A program made the position numbers and the translations under genes. The notes under the pieces were generated by a model. The model was not told where the DNA came from. It saw only the letters and a list, made by a program, of their open reading frames with translations, and made no database searches. From the NCBI RefSeq assembly GCF_050920415.1, contig NZ_CP169309.1: 64,000 nucleotides of DNA. One strand, written 5' to 3'. Source of the DNA: Escherichia coli. Its GTDB lineage: Bacteria > Pseudomonadota > Gammaproteobacteria > Enterobacterales > Enterobacteriaceae. This document shows positions 1 to 11,789 of this stretch, piece by piece (the stretch's first letter is position 1; every line of letters begins with the position of its first letter).

Positions 1-845
1 CCTGACGCCGGAACAACGGTGTTGTAAGCACGCGCCAAACGAGTGATGGAGTCGAGCAGAATGATAACGTCTTTCTTGTGCTCAACCAGGCGTTTCGCCT
101 TCTCGATCACCATTTCCGCAACCTGAACGTGGCGAGATGCGGGTTCGTCAAAGGTGGAAGCAACAACTTCACCTTTTACCAGACGCTGCATCTCGGTGAC
201 TTCTTCCGGACGTTCGTCAATCAGCAGAACCATCAGCACACAATCCGGGTGGTTGTAAGCAATGCTCTGGGCAATGTTCTGCAGCAGCATGGTTTTACCG
301 GCTTTCGGCGGTGCCACAATCAGACCACGCTGACCACGACCGATAGGTGATGCCAGGTCCAGTACGCGAGCGGTTAAATCTTCAGTAGAACCGTTACCAC
401 GTTCCATGCGCAGACGAGAGTTTGCGTGCAGTGGGGTTAAGTTCTCAAAGAGGATTTTGTTGCGGGCGTTTTCAGGTTTGTCGAAGTTAACTTCGTTAAC
501 TTTCAGCAGCGCAAAATAGCGTTCACCTTCTTTCGGCGGGCGAATCTTACCAGAGATGGTATCACCAGTGCGGAGGTTGAAACGGCGGATTTGGCTAGGA
601 GAAACGTAGATGTCATCAGGACCGGCGAGGTAGGAGCTGTCTGCGGAACGGAGGAAACCAAATCCATCCTGCAATATCTCCAGTACGCCATCACCAAAGA
701 TATCTTCGCCACTCTTTGCGTGCTGCTTCAGGATGGCAAAAATAATGTCCTGCTTACGCATACGAGCCAGGTTTTCCAGCCCCATATTTTCGCCGAGAGT
801 GATCAGCTCAGAAACCGGCGTATTCTTTAATTCGGTAAGATTCAT
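1..845 (-). CDS. rho: Transcription termination factor Rho, N-terminal ~281 codons; gene runs off the window start
   Basis: Reverse-strand translation from the ATG at 845..843 gives [35 protein letters not shown], the Rho N-terminus. The supplied ORF track has no minus-strand ORF here because the frame is open to the window edge. Confidence 0.93.
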   Translation of the reverse strand, partial: MNLTELKNTPVSELITLGENMGLENLARMRKQDIIFAILKQHAKSGEDIFGDGVLEILQDGFGFLRSADSSYLAGPDDIYVSPSQIRRFNLRTGDTISGKIRPPKEGERYFALLKVNEVNFDKPENARNKILFENLTPLHANSRLRMERGNGSTEDLTARVLDLASPIGRGQRGLIVAPPKAGKTMLLQNIAQSIAYNHPDCVLMVLLIDERPEEVTEMQRLVKGEVVASTFDEPASRHVQVAEMVIEKAKRLVEHKKDVIILLDSITRLARAYNTVVPAS

Positions 846-929
846 AGTGGTGTGAGTTCTTAAACTTGGGGTAAATCTCGAACTTAATGTTGTGAATGGT
901 ATGGCAGGATCATCCATGCCTGTTTACGG

Positions 930-1031
930 TCATCGACTCATGTCTTTTCGCTGCCTGGTCACAGGAGAGTACGCAGAGCTGAAACGACAAGACGGATTGA
1001 GTGACGAGCCAGAAATCTGTTCACTTCGCAT
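930..1031 (-). CDS. rhoL: rho operon leader peptide (33 aa)
   Basis: Reverse-strand ATG at 1031..1029 translates to MRSEQISGSS...RQRKDMSR and stops at 932..930; it lies between trxA and rho on the same strand. Confidence 0.7.
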   Translation of the reverse strand: MRSEQISGSSLNPSCRFSSAYSPVTRQRKDMSR

Positions 1032-1171
1032 TTAAGATAAAACGGGAAGCGTTGGAAATTACAAGATTCAAACTTAATAAGGTATGTTTAATACGAAGTC
1101 AACACTAAGTTAGCATGACTCACGCCGGGCGTCCAGTTTTTAGCGACAGGGCACCCGAACATGAAATTCCC

Positions 1172-1501
1172 TTACGCCAGGTTAGCGTCGAGGAACTCTT
1201 TCAACTGACCTTTAGACAGTGCGCCCACTTTGGTTGCCGCCACTTCACCGTTTTTGAACAGCAGCAGAGTCGGGATACCACGGATGCCATATTTCGGCGC
1301 AGTGCCAGGGTTTTGATCGATGTTCAGTTTTGCAACGGTCAGTTTGCCCTGATATTCGTCAGCGATTTCATCCAGAATCGGGGCGATCATTTTGCACGGA
1401 CCGCACCACTCTGCCCAGAAATCAACGAGGATCGCCCCGTCCGCTTTGAGTACATCCGTGTCAAAACTGTCGTCAGTCAGGTGAATAATTTTATCGCTCA
1501 T
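1172..1501 (-). CDS. trxA: Thioredoxin 1
   Basis: ORF 1172..1606 contains [40 protein letters not shown] with the WCGPC active site; the internal ATG at 1501 gives the canonical 109-aa protein. Confidence 0.95.
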
Positions 1502-1631
1502 ATATAACTCCACAGGAATAAGCCTGGCGTGTTGGTTTCGTTGTTGGTGTAACATTAACCAACTAAAGGTTGACTTTATTTCACCGGATACGCTTTCGTA
1601 AAGCAATAGTAAGCTGATATTCTACCACACT

Positions 1632-2897
1632 ATGAGCAAAACACATTTAACAGAACAGAAGTTTTCCGACTTCGCCCTGCATCCGAAGGTTGTAGAAGCC
1701 CTTGAAAAAAAAGGGTTTCATAACTGTACGCCCATTCAGGCACTGGCCCTTCCGCTGACGCTGGCGGGTCGTGACGTAGCCGGGCAGGCGCAAACCGGTA
1801 CCGGGAAAACGATGGCGTTTCTTACGTCAACGTTTCATTATCTTCTCTCTCATCCCGCGATTGCCGATCGCAAGGTGAATCAGCCGCGTGCCTTAATTAT
1901 GGCACCGACGCGTGAACTTGCCGTGCAGATCCACGCCGATGCGGAGCCACTGGCGCAAGCTACCGGCCTGAAGCTGGGTCTGGCTTACGGTGGTGATGGC
2001 TACGACAAACAGCTGAAAGTGCTGGAAAGCGGCGTTGACATTCTGATTGGCACCACGGGTCGTTTAATTGACTACGCCAAGCAGAACCACATTAACCTCG
2101 GTGCCATTCAGGTGGTGGTACTGGACGAAGCCGATCGCATGTACGATCTGGGCTTTATTAAAGATATCCGCTGGCTGTTCCGCCGTATGCCGCCTGCAAA
2201 CCAGCGCCTCAACATGCTGTTCTCCGCCACGCTTTCGTACCGGGTACGCGAACTGGCATTCGAGCAGATGAACAATGCCGAATATATTGAAGTGGAACCG
2301 GAACAGAAAACGGGCCACCGTATAAAAGAAGAGCTTTTCTACCCTTCTAACGAAGAAAAAATGCGTTTGCTGCAAACGCTGATTGAAGAAGAATGGCCAG
2401 ACCGAGCGATTATTTTCGCCAACACCAAACATCGTTGTGAAGAGATCTGGGGCCACCTGGCGGCAGATGGTCATCGTGTCGGTTTGTTGACAGGCGATGT
2501 CGCGCAGAAAAAACGTCTGCGTATCCTTGATGAATTTACCCGTGGCGATCTGGATATTCTGGTTGCCACCGACGTTGCTGCGCGTGGTTTGCACATCCCT
2601 GCGGTGACGCACGTCTTTAACTACGATTTACCCGATGACTGTGAAGATTACGTTCACCGTATTGGTCGTACAGGTCGCGCAGGCGCAAGCGGTCACTCTA
2701 TCAGCCTGGCCTGTGAAGAGTATGCATTGAATTTGCCTGCTATTGAGACCTATATTGGTCACTCAATTCCGGTAAGCAAATACAATCCGGACGCATTGAT
2801 GACCGATCTGCCAAAACCGCTGCGCCTCACACGCCCGCGTACAGGTAATGGTCCGCGTCGTACTGGCGCTCCGCGTAATCGTCGTCGTTCAGGTTAA
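1632..2897 (+). CDS. rhlB: ATP-dependent RNA helicase RhlB (DEAD-box)
   Basis: 421-aa ORF with Walker A (AQTGTGKT) and DEAD box (VLDEAD), an arginine-rich C-terminus, divergent from trxA. Confidence 0.95.
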   Translation: MSKTHLTEQKFSDFALHPKVVEALEKKGFHNCTPIQALALPLTLAGRDVAGQAQTGTGKTMAFLTSTFHYLLSHPAIADRKVNQPRALIMAPTRELAVQIHADAEPLAQATGLKLGLAYGGDGYDKQLKVLESGVDILIGTTGRLIDYAKQNHINLGAIQVVVLDEADRMYDLGFIKDIRWLFRRMPPANQRLNMLFSATLSYRVRELAFEQMNNAEYIEVEPEQKTGHRIKEELFYPSNEEKMRLLQTLIEEEWPDRAIIFANTKHRCEEIWGHLAADGHRVGLLTGDVAQKKRLRILDEFTRGDLDILVATDVAARGLHIPAVTHVFNYDLPDDCEDYVHRIGRTGRAGASGHSISLACEEYALNLPAIETYIGHSIPVSKYNPDALMTDLPKPLRLTRPRTGNGPRRTGAPRNRRRSG

Positions 2898-3032
2898 ATA
2901 AAAAATGTCATACTCAAAATCATTCAAACTGTATCAAGATGGCAAGAGAGTTAATCCCAATGAGCTTACTGTAGTAAGTGATTCGGATGAAAGAACGCAG
3001 CCAACGCAGAGACAGATTGAAGGATGAAGAGT

Positions 3033-4517
3033 ATGGGTTCCACCTCGTCATTATATGCAGCCATTGATCTCGGTTCGAATAGTTTTCATATGCTGGTTGT
3101 GCGCGAGGTGGCTGGAAGCATCCAGACGCTGACGCGAATTAAACGCAAAGTGCGTCTGGCTGCTGGCCTGAACAGCGAAAATGCCCTGTCTAATGAAGCA
3201 ATGGAGCGCGGTTGGCAATGTTTGCGCCTGTTTGCTGAACGTCTGCAAGATATCCCTCCCTCGCAAATTCGCGTTGTCGCCACGGCGACATTACGCCTTG
3301 CCGTCAATGCCGGTGATTTTATTGCCAAAGCGCAGGAAATCCTCGGTTGTCCGGTACAAGTGATCAGCGGTGAAGAAGAAGCCCGCCTGATTTATCAGGG
3401 TGTTGCTCACACCACTGGCGGTGCCGATCAGCGCCTGGTGGTGGATATCGGCGGTGCCAGTACTGAACTGGTAACCGGTACTGGCGCACAAACCACCTCG
3501 TTGTTCAGCCTGTCGATGGGCTGCGTCACCTGGCTGGAACGCTATTTTGCCGATCGTAATCTGGGGCAGGAAAATTTTGATGCCGCAGAAAAAGCGGCAC
3601 GCGAAGTGTTACGTCCGGTTGCCGATGAATTGCGGTATCACGGCTGGAAAGTGTGCGTTGGTGCTTCCGGCACCGTGCAGGCCTTACAAGAAATCATGAT
3701 GGCACAGGGGATGGATGAACGGATTACCCTGGAAAAGTTGCAGCAACTGAAACAACGCGCCATTCATTGTGGTCGACTGGAGGAACTGGAGATCGACGGA
3801 CTGACGCTGGAACGTGCGTTAGTGTTCCCGAGTGGTCTGGCGATCCTGATAGCCATTTTTACCGAACTGAATATTCAGTGTATGACCCTGGCTGGCGGTG
3901 CACTGCGTGAAGGCCTGGTCTACGGCATGTTGCATCTGGCCGTCGAGCAGGATATTCGCAGCCGTACGCTGCGTAATATTCAACGCCGCTTTATGATCGA
4001 TATTGATCAGGCTCAGCGAGTAGCCAAAGTTGCGGCTAACTTCTTCGATCAGGTGGAAAACGAATGGCATCTTGAAGCGATTAGCCGTGATTTGCTCATC
4101 AGCGCCTGTCAGCTTCATGAAATCGGTCTGAGCGTTGATTTCAAACAAGCGCCGCAACATGCTGCTTATCTGGTACGTAATCTGGATCTTCCCGGTTTTA
4201 CGCCTGCACAGAAAAAATTACTGGCGACGCTACTACTCAACCAGACGAACCCAATAGATCTCTCCTCGTTGCATCAGCAAAATGCCGTACCGCCGCGCGT
4301 CGCGGAACAACTCTGCCGTTTACTACGCCTGGCCATCATTTTTGCCAGCCGTCGCCGTGACGATCTCGTGCCAGAGATGACATTAAAGGCCAACCATGAA
4401 CTGTTGACCTTGACGCTTCCGCAAGGTTGGCTAACCCAACATCCGCTGGGTAAAGAGATTATTGATCAGGAAAGCCAGTGGCAAAGCTATGTTCACTGGC
4501 CGTTGGAAGTGCATTAA
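3033..4517 (+). CDS. gppA: Guanosine pentaphosphate phosphohydrolase / exopolyphosphatase family
   Basis: ORF 3024..4517; the protein from the ATG at 3033 begins [22 protein letters not shown] (Ppx/GppA fold). Start may be 3024 or 3033. Confidence 0.9.
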   Translation: MGSTSSLYAAIDLGSNSFHMLVVREVAGSIQTLTRIKRKVRLAAGLNSENALSNEAMERGWQCLRLFAERLQDIPPSQIRVVATATLRLAVNAGDFIAKAQEILGCPVQVISGEEEARLIYQGVAHTTGGADQRLVVDIGGASTELVTGTGAQTTSLFSLSMGCVTWLERYFADRNLGQENFDAAEKAAREVLRPVADELRYHGWKVCVGASGTVQALQEIMMAQGMDERITLEKLQQLKQRAIHCGRLEELEIDGLTLERALVFPSGLAILIAIFTELNIQCMTLAGGALREGLVYGMLHLAVEQDIRSRTLRNIQRRFMIDIDQAQRVAKVAANFFDQVENEWHLEAISRDLLISACQLHEIGLSVDFKQAPQHAAYLVRNLDLPGFTPAQKKLLATLLLNQTNPIDLSSLHQQNAVPPRVAEQLCRLLRLAIIFASRRRDDLVPEMTLKANHELLTLTLPQGWLTQHPLGKEIIDQESQWQSYVHWPLEVH

Positions 4518-4564
4518 AGAGTAATATGCTGGGTGCGATGCTCGCGCATCTTACCCGGCCTTGA

Positions 4565-6586
4565 TTATTTCCCTCGTTTTGCTGCCATCATCGCCTTCAG
4601 ATTTGCCAGATGGTTTTGGCCTTTCTGCATTCGTTCTTCGGCGCTGACAACTTTGCGCTCCTGTTCCCAAACCAAATCATCCTGCGGCAGCTCCAGCAGG
4701 AAGCGACTCGGCTCCGGGCGCACCAGTTCGCCGTACTGACGGCGTTCTTTACACAGCGTAAAGGTCAATTCCTTCTGGGCGCGGGTGATGCCAACATAGG
4801 CCAGCCGACGCTCCTCATCGATATTGTCTTCATCGATGCTGCTCTGGTGGGGCAAAAATCCTTCTTCCATACCGACCATGTAGACATAGGGAAACTCCAG
4901 CCCTTTTGACGCGTGCAGAGTCATCAGTTGTACCTGATCCAGCTCTTCCTCGCTCTCGCCGCGCTCCATCATGTCTCGCAGAGTAAAGCGCGTCACCACC
5001 TGAGTGAGCGTCATCGGCTCATCCAGTTCACTGCCTTCCAGCATCTCCGTCATCCAGCTAAACAGTTGGTTGACGTTCTTCATGCGCATTTCGGCAGCTT
5101 TCGGGCTGGGCGATGTTTCGTACAGCCAGGATTCATAATCCATGCCATGGATCAGATCGCGTACTGCGGCAATCGGTTCCCGCTCCGCCAGGCGCTGAAT
5201 TTCCGCCAGCCAGTGAGTGAAGCGGGTCAATGCTTCATAACCACGTCCGCTAAGCGTCTGGCTCAGGCCCATATCAAAACTGGCGGTAAACATGCTTTTA
5301 TTGCGCGTCATCGCCCACTCACCCAGCTTTTTCAGCGTAGCCGGGCCAATCTCTCGCTTCGGCGTGTTAACGATACGCAGAAATGCGCTGTCATCGTCCG
5401 GGTTAGTCAGCACGCGCAGATAAGCCAGCAAATCCTTGATTTCAGGACGAGAGAAAAACGACGTACCACCAGAAATTTTGTACGGGATGCGGTTTTGCAT
5501 CAGGAATTTTTCAAACACCCGCGACTGATGGTTGCCGCGATAAAGAATGGCGTAATCTTTGTACTGCGTTTTATTGACGAAGTGATGGGCGATCAGCTCG
5601 CCAGTAACGCGCTCGGCTTCATGTTCCTCGTTATTCGCGCTTAAAACTTTTAGCTCTGTGCCGTAGCCCAGTTCGGAGAACAGACGCTTTTCAAAGACGT
5701 GCGGGTTATTGGCAATGAGGATGTTCGCCGCTTTCAGAATACGTCCGGAAGAGCGGTAGTTCTGCTCAAGCTTAATCACCTTCAGCGCCGGAAAATCCTG
5801 GCTCAACAGCACCAGGTTTTGCGGACGTGCGCCGCGCCAGGAGTAGATCGACTGGTCGTCATCGCCAACTACGGTAAAGCGCGCGCGGCTGCCCACCAGC
5901 AGTTTCACCAGTTCATACTGGCTGGTGTTGGTGTCCTGATACTCATCCACCAGCAGGTAGCGAATTTTGTTCTGCCAGCGCTCGCGGACTTCTTCATTGC
6001 GTTGCAGCAGTAACGTCGGCAATAAAATCAGATCATCGAAGTCGAGAACGTTACAGGCTTTCAGGTGTGAATCATACAGCCCATAACAATGGGCAAAAAT
6101 GCGATCCCGCTCGCCCATTGCTTCTGCCGCCGCCTGCGCCGGTGTTTTGAGATCGTTCTTCCAGTTAGAGATGGTCGAAATCAGCTGTTGCAGAAGAACT
6201 TTGTCATCTTCAATCAGCCCCTCGGTCAGTTCTTTGAGCAACGCCAGTTGATCGGTATCGTCAAACAGTGAAAAGTTCGCTTTCATCCCAAGCGCCGCAT
6301 ACTCCCGTTTGATGATATCCAGCCCTAATGTATGGAAGGTGGAGATCATCAGCCCGCGCGCCTCTTTACGCCCCAGCGTCTGCCCGACACGCTCTTTCAT
6401 CTCGCGCGCCGCCTTATTGGTAAAAGTCACCGCCGCGATATGTCGCGCCTGATAACCGCAACCGCGGATCAGATGGGCGATTTTATTGGTGATAACACGA
6501 GTTTTACCGGAACCCGCGCCCGCCAGCACCAGGCAGGGGCCGGTAACGAATTCGACAGCTTGTTGTTGGCCGGGGTTTAGACGCAT
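4565..6586 (-). CDS. rep: ATP-dependent DNA helicase Rep (UvrD family)
   Basis: ORF 4565..6637; the internal ATG at 6586 gives [40 protein letters not shown] with a Walker A motif, about 673 aa. Confidence 0.93.
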   Translation of the reverse strand: MRLNPGQQQAVEFVTGPCLVLAGAGSGKTRVITNKIAHLIRGCGYQARHIAAVTFTNKAAREMKERVGQTLGRKEARGLMISTFHTLGLDIIKREYAALGMKANFSLFDDTDQLALLKELTEGLIEDDKVLLQQLISTISNWKNDLKTPAQAAAEAMGERDRIFAHCYGLYDSHLKACNVLDFDDLILLPTLLLQRNEEVRERWQNKIRYLLVDEYQDTNTSQYELVKLLVGSRARFTVVGDDDQSIYSWRGARPQNLVLLSQDFPALKVIKLEQNYRSSGRILKAANILIANNPHVFEKRLFSELGYGTELKVLSANNEEHEAERVTGELIAHHFVNKTQYKDYAILYRGNHQSRVFEKFLMQNRIPYKISGGTSFFSRPEIKDLLAYLRVLTNPDDDSAFLRIVNTPKREIGPATLKKLGEWAMTRNKSMFTASFDMGLSQTLSGRGYEALTRFTHWLAEIQRLAEREPIAAVRDLIHGMDYESWLYETSPSPKAAEMRMKNVNQLFSWMTEMLEGSELDEPMTLTQVVTRFTLRDMMERGESEEELDQVQLMTLHASKGLEFPYVYMVGMEEGFLPHQSSIDEDNIDEERRLAYVGITRAQKELTFTLCKERRQYGELVRPEPSRFLLELPQDDLVWEQERKVVSAEERMQKGQNHLANLKAMMAAKRGK

Positions 6587-6802
6587 AGGTGTATTGCTCA
6601 ATCTTCGAACGGGGGGAGGATTGTAGCAGAATCGCATTTGAATGTGACCGAGTGAAAACCGCTAACCGGATGGCTGCGGATGTTTAAATCAGAGAGGGAA
6701 GGCCGAAACCGGAGTTCATCATGAATCCATTAGACTTAGAAAATATCGGGTCGTAACGTTGTGTTATTACTTTTTCAGAGTTTACTAAGGAGAGGTTTAC
6801 TC

Positions 6803-7252
6803 GTGGCGATTAATTTCAGCCCCAAGGTTGGTGAAATACTGGAATGCAACTTTGGTAACTATCCTGTTAGCCAGAATGGACAGTTCAGCACGACGTATTA
6901 CGATGGCCGCATTCCACCTGAGATGATAAAAAATAGGTTGGTTGTCGTGCTCAACGGAAAAATTAATGGCAACGCATGTATCGTCGTTCCATTATCAACC
7001 ACTCGCGACCATGACAAGTTAAATCGTGGAATGCATGTTGAAATAGCCAGTAATGTTATCAATGACCTGCAATTCTTTGATCAGCAGATACGTTGGGCTA
7101 AAGCCGACCTGGTACAACAAGTCAGTCGAAACCGATTAAACAGAGCAAGGACTTATCGGGGGTATCTTAATCAATGTTTGCCACATGAGTTGGTTGCAGA
7201 CATACAGAGGGCAGTCATCAAGTCAATCAATGCCATATCGCTCATAAATTGA
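6803..7252 (+). CDS. yifN: PemK/MazF-like (toxin-fold) family protein, YifN-like; no adjacent antitoxin ORF
   Basis: ORF 6761..7252; AAGGAG at 6787..6792 precedes a GTG at 6803 (VAINFSPKVGEILECNF...). The KNRLVVVLNGK...ACIVVPLSTT segment is reminiscent of PemK/MazF family proteins (from memory, not an alignment). Start is uncertain (6761 or 6803). Confidence 0.6.
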   Translation: MAINFSPKVGEILECNFGNYPVSQNGQFSTTYYDGRIPPEMIKNRLVVVLNGKINGNACIVVPLSTTRDHDKLNRGMHVEIASNVINDLQFFDQQIRWAKADLVQQVSRNRLNRARTYRGYLNQCLPHELVADIQRAVIKSINAISLIN

Positions 7253-7379
7253 CAATAAAATCACCATCCCCGATAATGACTCTGTAGCCCATAGAGGCCC
7301 TAAGTTTTCTCCCCTTGAGGGACCTGCGAAGCCCGGATTTTCCGGGCTTTTGCCATATATGTCCCCCCTCCCTGACTGA

Positions 7380-7685
<306 letters not shown>

Positions 7686-7689
7686 CAGC

Positions 7690-7714
7690 AAGGCCTTCTC
7701 CGGGAGAAGGCCTT
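7690..7714. terminator. Stem-loop between convergent ppiC and ilvC (possible bidirectional terminator)
   Basis: Inverted repeat aggccttctcc / ggagaaggcct between the two stop codons; the U-tract is weak on both sides. Confidence 0.4.
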
Positions 7715-7730
7715 GAACTCTGAATCGCTA

Positions 7731-9206
7731 TTAACCCGCAACAGCAATGCGTTTCATATCTGTCATATAGCCGCGCAGTTTCTTACCAACCTGCTCAATC
7801 GCATGGCTGCGAATCGCTTCGTTCACATCACGCAACTGCGCGTTATCTACCGCACCTTCCGGAATAGCTTTACCCAGGTCGCCCGGTTGCAGCTCTGCCA
7901 TAAACGGTTTCAGCAACGGCACACAAGCGTAAGAGAACAGATAGTTACCGTACTCGGCGGTATCAGAGATAACCACGTTCATTTCGTACAGACGCTTACG
8001 GGCGATGGTATTGGCAATCAGCGGCAGTTCGTGCAGTGATTCATAGTAAGCAGACTCTTCGATGATGCCGGAATCAACCATGGTTTCGAATGCCAGTTCA
8101 ACGCCCGCTTTCACCATCGCGATCATCAGTACGCCTTTATCGAAGTACTCTTGCTCGCCGATTTTGCCTTCAAACTGCGGCGCAGTTTCGAACGCGGTTT
8201 TGCCGGTTTCTTCACGCCAGGTCAGCAGTTTCTTATCATCGTTGGCCCAGTCCGCCATCATGCCGGAGGAGAATTCGCCGGAGATGATGTCGTCCATATG
8301 TTTCTGGAACAGCGGTGCCATGATCTCTTTCAGCTGTTCAGAGAGCGCGTAAGCACGCAGTTTCGCCGGGTTAGAGAGACGGTCCATCATCAGGGTGATG
8401 CCGCCCTGTTTCAGCGCTTCGGTGATGGTTTCCCAGCCGAACTGAATCAGTTTTTCTGCGTATGCCGGGTCGGTGCCTTCTTCCACCAGCTTGTCGAAGC
8501 ACAGCAGCGAGCCAGCCTGCAACATACCGCACAGGATGGTTTGCTCGCCCATCAGGTCAGATTTCACTTCCGCAACAAAGGACGACTCCAGCACGCCCGC
8601 ACGGTGACCACCGGTGGCTGCCGCCCATGCTTTAGCGATCGCCATGCCTTCGCCTTTCGGATCGTTTTCCGGGTGAACGGCAATCAGCGTCGGTACGCCA
8701 AACCCACGTTTGTACTCTTCACGCACTTCAGTGCCAGGGCATTTTGGCGCAACCATTACTACGGTGATGTCTTTACGGATCTGCTCGCCCACTTCGACGA
8801 TGTTGAAACCATGTGAGTAACCCAGCGCCGCGCCGTCTTTCATCAGTGGCTGTACGGTGCGCACCACGTCGGAGTGCTGTTTGTCTGGCGTCAGGTTAAC
8901 CACCAGATCTGCCTGCGGGATCAGCTCTTCGTAAGTACCCACTTTAAAACCGTTTTCGGTCGCTTTACGCCAGGATGCGCGCTTCTCAGCGATAGCTTCT
9001 TTACGCAGGGCATAAGAGATATCCAGACCAGAATCACGCATGTTCAGGCCCTGGTTCAGACCCTGCGCACCACAACCGACGATGACCACTTTTTTACCCT
9101 GAAGGTAGCTCGCGCCATCGGCGAATTCGTCGCGGCCCATAAAGCGACATTTGCCCAGCTGTGCCAGCTGCTGGCGCAGGTTCAGTGTATTAAAGTAGTT
9201 AGCCAT
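7731..9206 (-). CDS. ilvC: Ketol-acid reductoisomerase (NADP+)
   Basis: ORF 7731..9356; the internal ATG at 9206 gives [49 protein letters not shown] (491 aa). Confidence 0.95.
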   Translation of the reverse strand: MANYFNTLNLRQQLAQLGKCRFMGRDEFADGASYLQGKKVVIVGCGAQGLNQGLNMRDSGLDISYALRKEAIAEKRASWRKATENGFKVGTYEELIPQADLVVNLTPDKQHSDVVRTVQPLMKDGAALGYSHGFNIVEVGEQIRKDITVVMVAPKCPGTEVREEYKRGFGVPTLIAVHPENDPKGEGMAIAKAWAAATGGHRAGVLESSFVAEVKSDLMGEQTILCGMLQAGSLLCFDKLVEEGTDPAYAEKLIQFGWETITEALKQGGITLMMDRLSNPAKLRAYALSEQLKEIMAPLFQKHMDDIISGEFSSGMMADWANDDKKLLTWREETGKTAFETAPQFEGKIGEQEYFDKGVLMIAMVKAGVELAFETMVDSGIIEESAYYESLHELPLIANTIARKRLYEMNVVISDTAEYGNYLFSYACVPLLKPFMAELQPGDLGKAIPEGAVDNAQLRDVNEAIRSHAIEQVGKKLRGYMTDMKRIAVAG

Positions 9207-9355
9207 GGTGATTCCTCGTGATGTTGTGCTTCTTATTGTTCGGTTCGCGTTTGCGAGATTGAATTCACTATATGACAGGAAATTTATTGCGGAAATTGAT
9301 ATATTCACAACGTCACATTGCAATTTTTGCAACGTCAACATTGAGGGCTGCGCCA
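9207..9355. promoter_or_regulatory. ilvY-ilvC divergent promoter/operator region
   Basis: 149-bp AT-rich spacer between divergent ilvC and ilvY, with TTGCAA-type repeats (cattgcaatttttgcaacg) consistent with LysR-type operator half-sites; exact sites not resolved. Confidence 0.45.
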
Positions 9356-10246
9356 TTGGATTTACGCGATCTGAAAACCTTCCTGCATCTGGCGGAAAGC
9401 CGCCATTTTGGCCGCAGCGCGCGGGCGATGCACGTTAGTCCATCCACGCTTTCCCGACAGATTCAGCGCCTGGAAGAAGATCTCGGTCAACCATTGTTTG
9501 TACGCGATAACCGTACGGTGACGCTGACCGAAGCGGGCGAAGAACTGCGCGTTTTCGCCCAGCAAACACTGTTGCAGTATCAGCAATTGCGCCACACCAT
9601 CGACCAGCAAGGACCGTCGCTCTCTGGCGAATTACATATCTTCTGCTCGGTGACCGCTGCCTACAGCCATCTGCCGCCGATTCTTGACAGATTCCGCGCG
9701 GAACACCCGTCAGTGGAGATCAAACTCACTACCGGTGATGCGGCGGATGCGATGGAAAAAGTGGTGACAGGGGAAGCGGATCTGGCGATTGCCGGGAAGC
9801 CGGAGACGCTGCCCGGTGCGGTGGCGTTTTCGATGCTGGAGAATCTGGCAGTGGTGCTGATCGCGCCTGCCCTACCGTGCCCGGTGCGTAATCAGGTTTC
9901 GGTAGAGAAGCCGGACTGGTCTACAGTGCCGTTTATCATGGCCGATCAGGGGCCGGTGCGCCGCCGCATTGAGTTGTGGTTCCGACGCAATAAAATCAGT
10001 AACCCGATGATTTACGCCACGGTTGGCGGGCATGAAGCGATGGTTTCGATGGTGGCGCTCGGCTGCGGCGTGGCATTGTTGCCGGAAGTGGTGCTGGAAA
10101 ACAGCCCGGAACCGGTGCGTAACCGCGTGATGATTCTGGAGCGTAGCGATGAGAAAACGCCGTTTGAGCTGGGCGTTTGTGCACAAAAAAAGCGGCTGCA
10201 TGAGCCGCTGATTGAGGCTTTCTGGAAGATTTTACCGAACCATTAA
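9356..10246 (+). CDS. ilvY: LysR-family transcriptional regulator IlvY
   Basis: ORF 9272..10246 contains [40 protein letters not shown] (LysR HTH). The start is probably the TTG at 9356, since no in-frame ATG precedes the HTH. Confidence 0.85.
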   Translation: MDLRDLKTFLHLAESRHFGRSARAMHVSPSTLSRQIQRLEEDLGQPLFVRDNRTVTLTEAGEELRVFAQQTLLQYQQLRHTIDQQGPSLSGELHIFCSVTAAYSHLPPILDRFRAEHPSVEIKLTTGDAADAMEKVVTGEADLAIAGKPETLPGAVAFSMLENLAVVLIAPALPCPVRNQVSVEKPDWSTVPFIMADQGPVRRRIELWFRRNKISNPMIYATVGGHEAMVSMVALGCGVALLPEVVLENSPEPVRNRVMILERSDEKTPFELGVCAQKKRLHEPLIEAFWKILPNH

Positions 10247-11787
10247 CCTGCCAAAAAGAACCTGAACGCCGGGTTATGGGTTTCATCGTGGCAATCGTAG
10301 CCCAGCTCATTCAGCCGGGTTTCGAAATCCGGTTCGTGGTCGCCAAGCTCGAACGCCGCCAGTACGCGTCCGTAGTCGGTACCGTGGCTGCGATAATGGA
10401 AAAGCGAAATGTTCCAGTGGGTACCTAGCGTGTTGAGGAAGCGCAGCAGCGCGCCCGGCGATTCCGGGAACTCGAAGCTGTAGAGGCGTTCCTGCAACGG
10501 ATGCGATGGACGCCCGCCAACCATATAGCGCACGTGTAGCTTCGCCATTTCGTCGTCGGAGAGATCAACCACGCTGTAGCCGCCATCGTTGAGCATCTGC
10601 AAAATTTCTTTGCGCTCTTCGAGGCCGCGGCTTAAGCGCACGCCGACAAAGATGCAGGCGTTTTTGGCATCGGCAAAACGGTAGTTGAACTCGGTGACCG
10701 AACGCCCGCCAAGCAACTGGCAGAATTTGAGGAAGCTGCCCTTCTCTTCCGGAATGGTCACCGCCAGCAACGCTTCACGCTGTTCGCCCAGTTCGCAGCG
10801 TTCCGAGACGTAGCGCAGGCCGTGAAAGTTCACGTTAGCACCGGAAAGAATATGCGCCAGCCGTTCGCCGCGAATATTGTGCTGGGTGATGTATTTTTTC
10901 ATCCCTGCCAGCGCCAGCGCGCCAGAGGGTTCCGCCACCGCGCGCACATCTTCGAATAAATCCTTCATCGCCGCACAGATAGCATCACTATCGACGGTGA
11001 TGATGTCGTCGAGATACTCCTGGCACAAACGGAAGGTTTCATCGCCGATGCGTTTTACCGCAACACCTTCGGCAAACAGCCCTACGCGCGGCAAATCAAC
11101 CGGATGACCCGCATCCAGCGCCGCTTTCAGGCAGGCGGAGTCTTCCGCTTCCACGGCGATCACTTTGATTTGCGGCATCAGCTGTTTGATCAGCACCGCC
11201 ACACCCGCCGCCAGGCCGCCGCCGCCGACCGGCACAAATACGCGATCGAGATGAGCGTCCTGCTGGAGCAGCTCCAGCGCCAGCGTGCCTTGCCCAGCGA
11301 TCACCATCGGGTGGTCGAACGGTGGCACCCAGGTGAAGCCCTGCAGCTGTGACAGTTCGATCGCTTTCGCTTTTGCTTCGTCAAAGTTCGCGCCATGAAG
11401 CAACACTTCGCCGCCAAAGCCGCGTACCGCATCAACTTTGATATCGGCGGTGGCGGTTGGCATGACGATCAGCGCCTTCACGCCTAACCGTGCGGAAGAA
11501 AACGCCACGCCCTGCGCGTGATTACCCGCCGAGGCAGTGATCACGCCATGCGCTTTTTGTTCTTCCGTCAGGCCCGCCATCATGGCGTATGCACCGCGCA
11601 GCTTAAAGCTGTGTACCGGCTGGCGATCTTCGCGCTTCACCAGAATCACGTTATCAAGACGCGACGAGAGCTTTTCCATTTTTTGTAGCGGCGTGACCTG
11701 CGCCGCCTCGTAAACCGGTGCACGTAGCACCGCTCTTAAATATTCGGCGCCTTCCGGAGCACCAGACAGGGGTTGTGAGTCTGCCAT
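10243..11787 (-). CDS. ilvA: Threonine dehydratase, biosynthetic
   Basis: 515-aa ORF beginning [21 protein letters not shown], with a PLP-dependent fold and C-terminal regulatory domains; the start overlaps the ilvD stop. Confidence 0.95.
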   Translation of the reverse strand: MADSQPLSGAPEGAEYLRAVLRAPVYEAAQVTPLQKMEKLSSRLDNVILVKREDRQPVHSFKLRGAYAMMAGLTEEQKAHGVITASAGNHAQGVAFSSARLGVKALIVMPTATADIKVDAVRGFGGEVLLHGANFDEAKAKAIELSQLQGFTWVPPFDHPMVIAGQGTLALELLQQDAHLDRVFVPVGGGGLAAGVAVLIKQLMPQIKVIAVEAEDSACLKAALDAGHPVDLPRVGLFAEGVAVKRIGDETFRLCQEYLDDIITVDSDAICAAMKDLFEDVRAVAEPSGALALAGMKKYITQHNIRGERLAHILSGANVNFHGLRYVSERCELGEQREALLAVTIPEEKGSFLKFCQLLGGRSVTEFNYRFADAKNACIFVGVRLSRGLEERKEILQMLNDGGYSVVDLSDDEMAKLHVRYMVGGRPSHPLQERLYSFEFPESPGALLRFLNTLGTHWNISLFHYRSHGTDYGRVLAAFELGDHEPDFETRLNELGYDCHDETHNPAFRFFLAG

Positions 11788-11789
11788 CA

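Noticed and set aside
78-350. 90-aa plus-strand ORF at the window start
   Set aside because: It lies antisense within the rho coding region, which continues to the window edge on the minus strand.
3024-3032. Upstream in-frame ATG extending gppA by 3 codons (MKS)
   Set aside because: The downstream ATG gives the canonical N-terminus MGSTSS...; the extension is kept only as an alternative.
4913-5644. 243-aa plus-strand ORF inside rep (also 5699..6013, 6332..6580)
   Set aside because: Embedded antisense to the well-supported rep helicase CDS; no independent signals.
6721-6756. 11-codon ORF (MNPLDLENIGS) upstream of the PemK-like gene, considered as a possible antitoxin
   Set aside because: Far too short for a known antitoxin fold, with no RBS; more likely rep promoter/leader sequence.
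8151-8816. 221-aa plus-strand ORF inside ilvC (also 8062..8352, 8874..9221)
   Set aside because: Antisense to ilvC; spurious.
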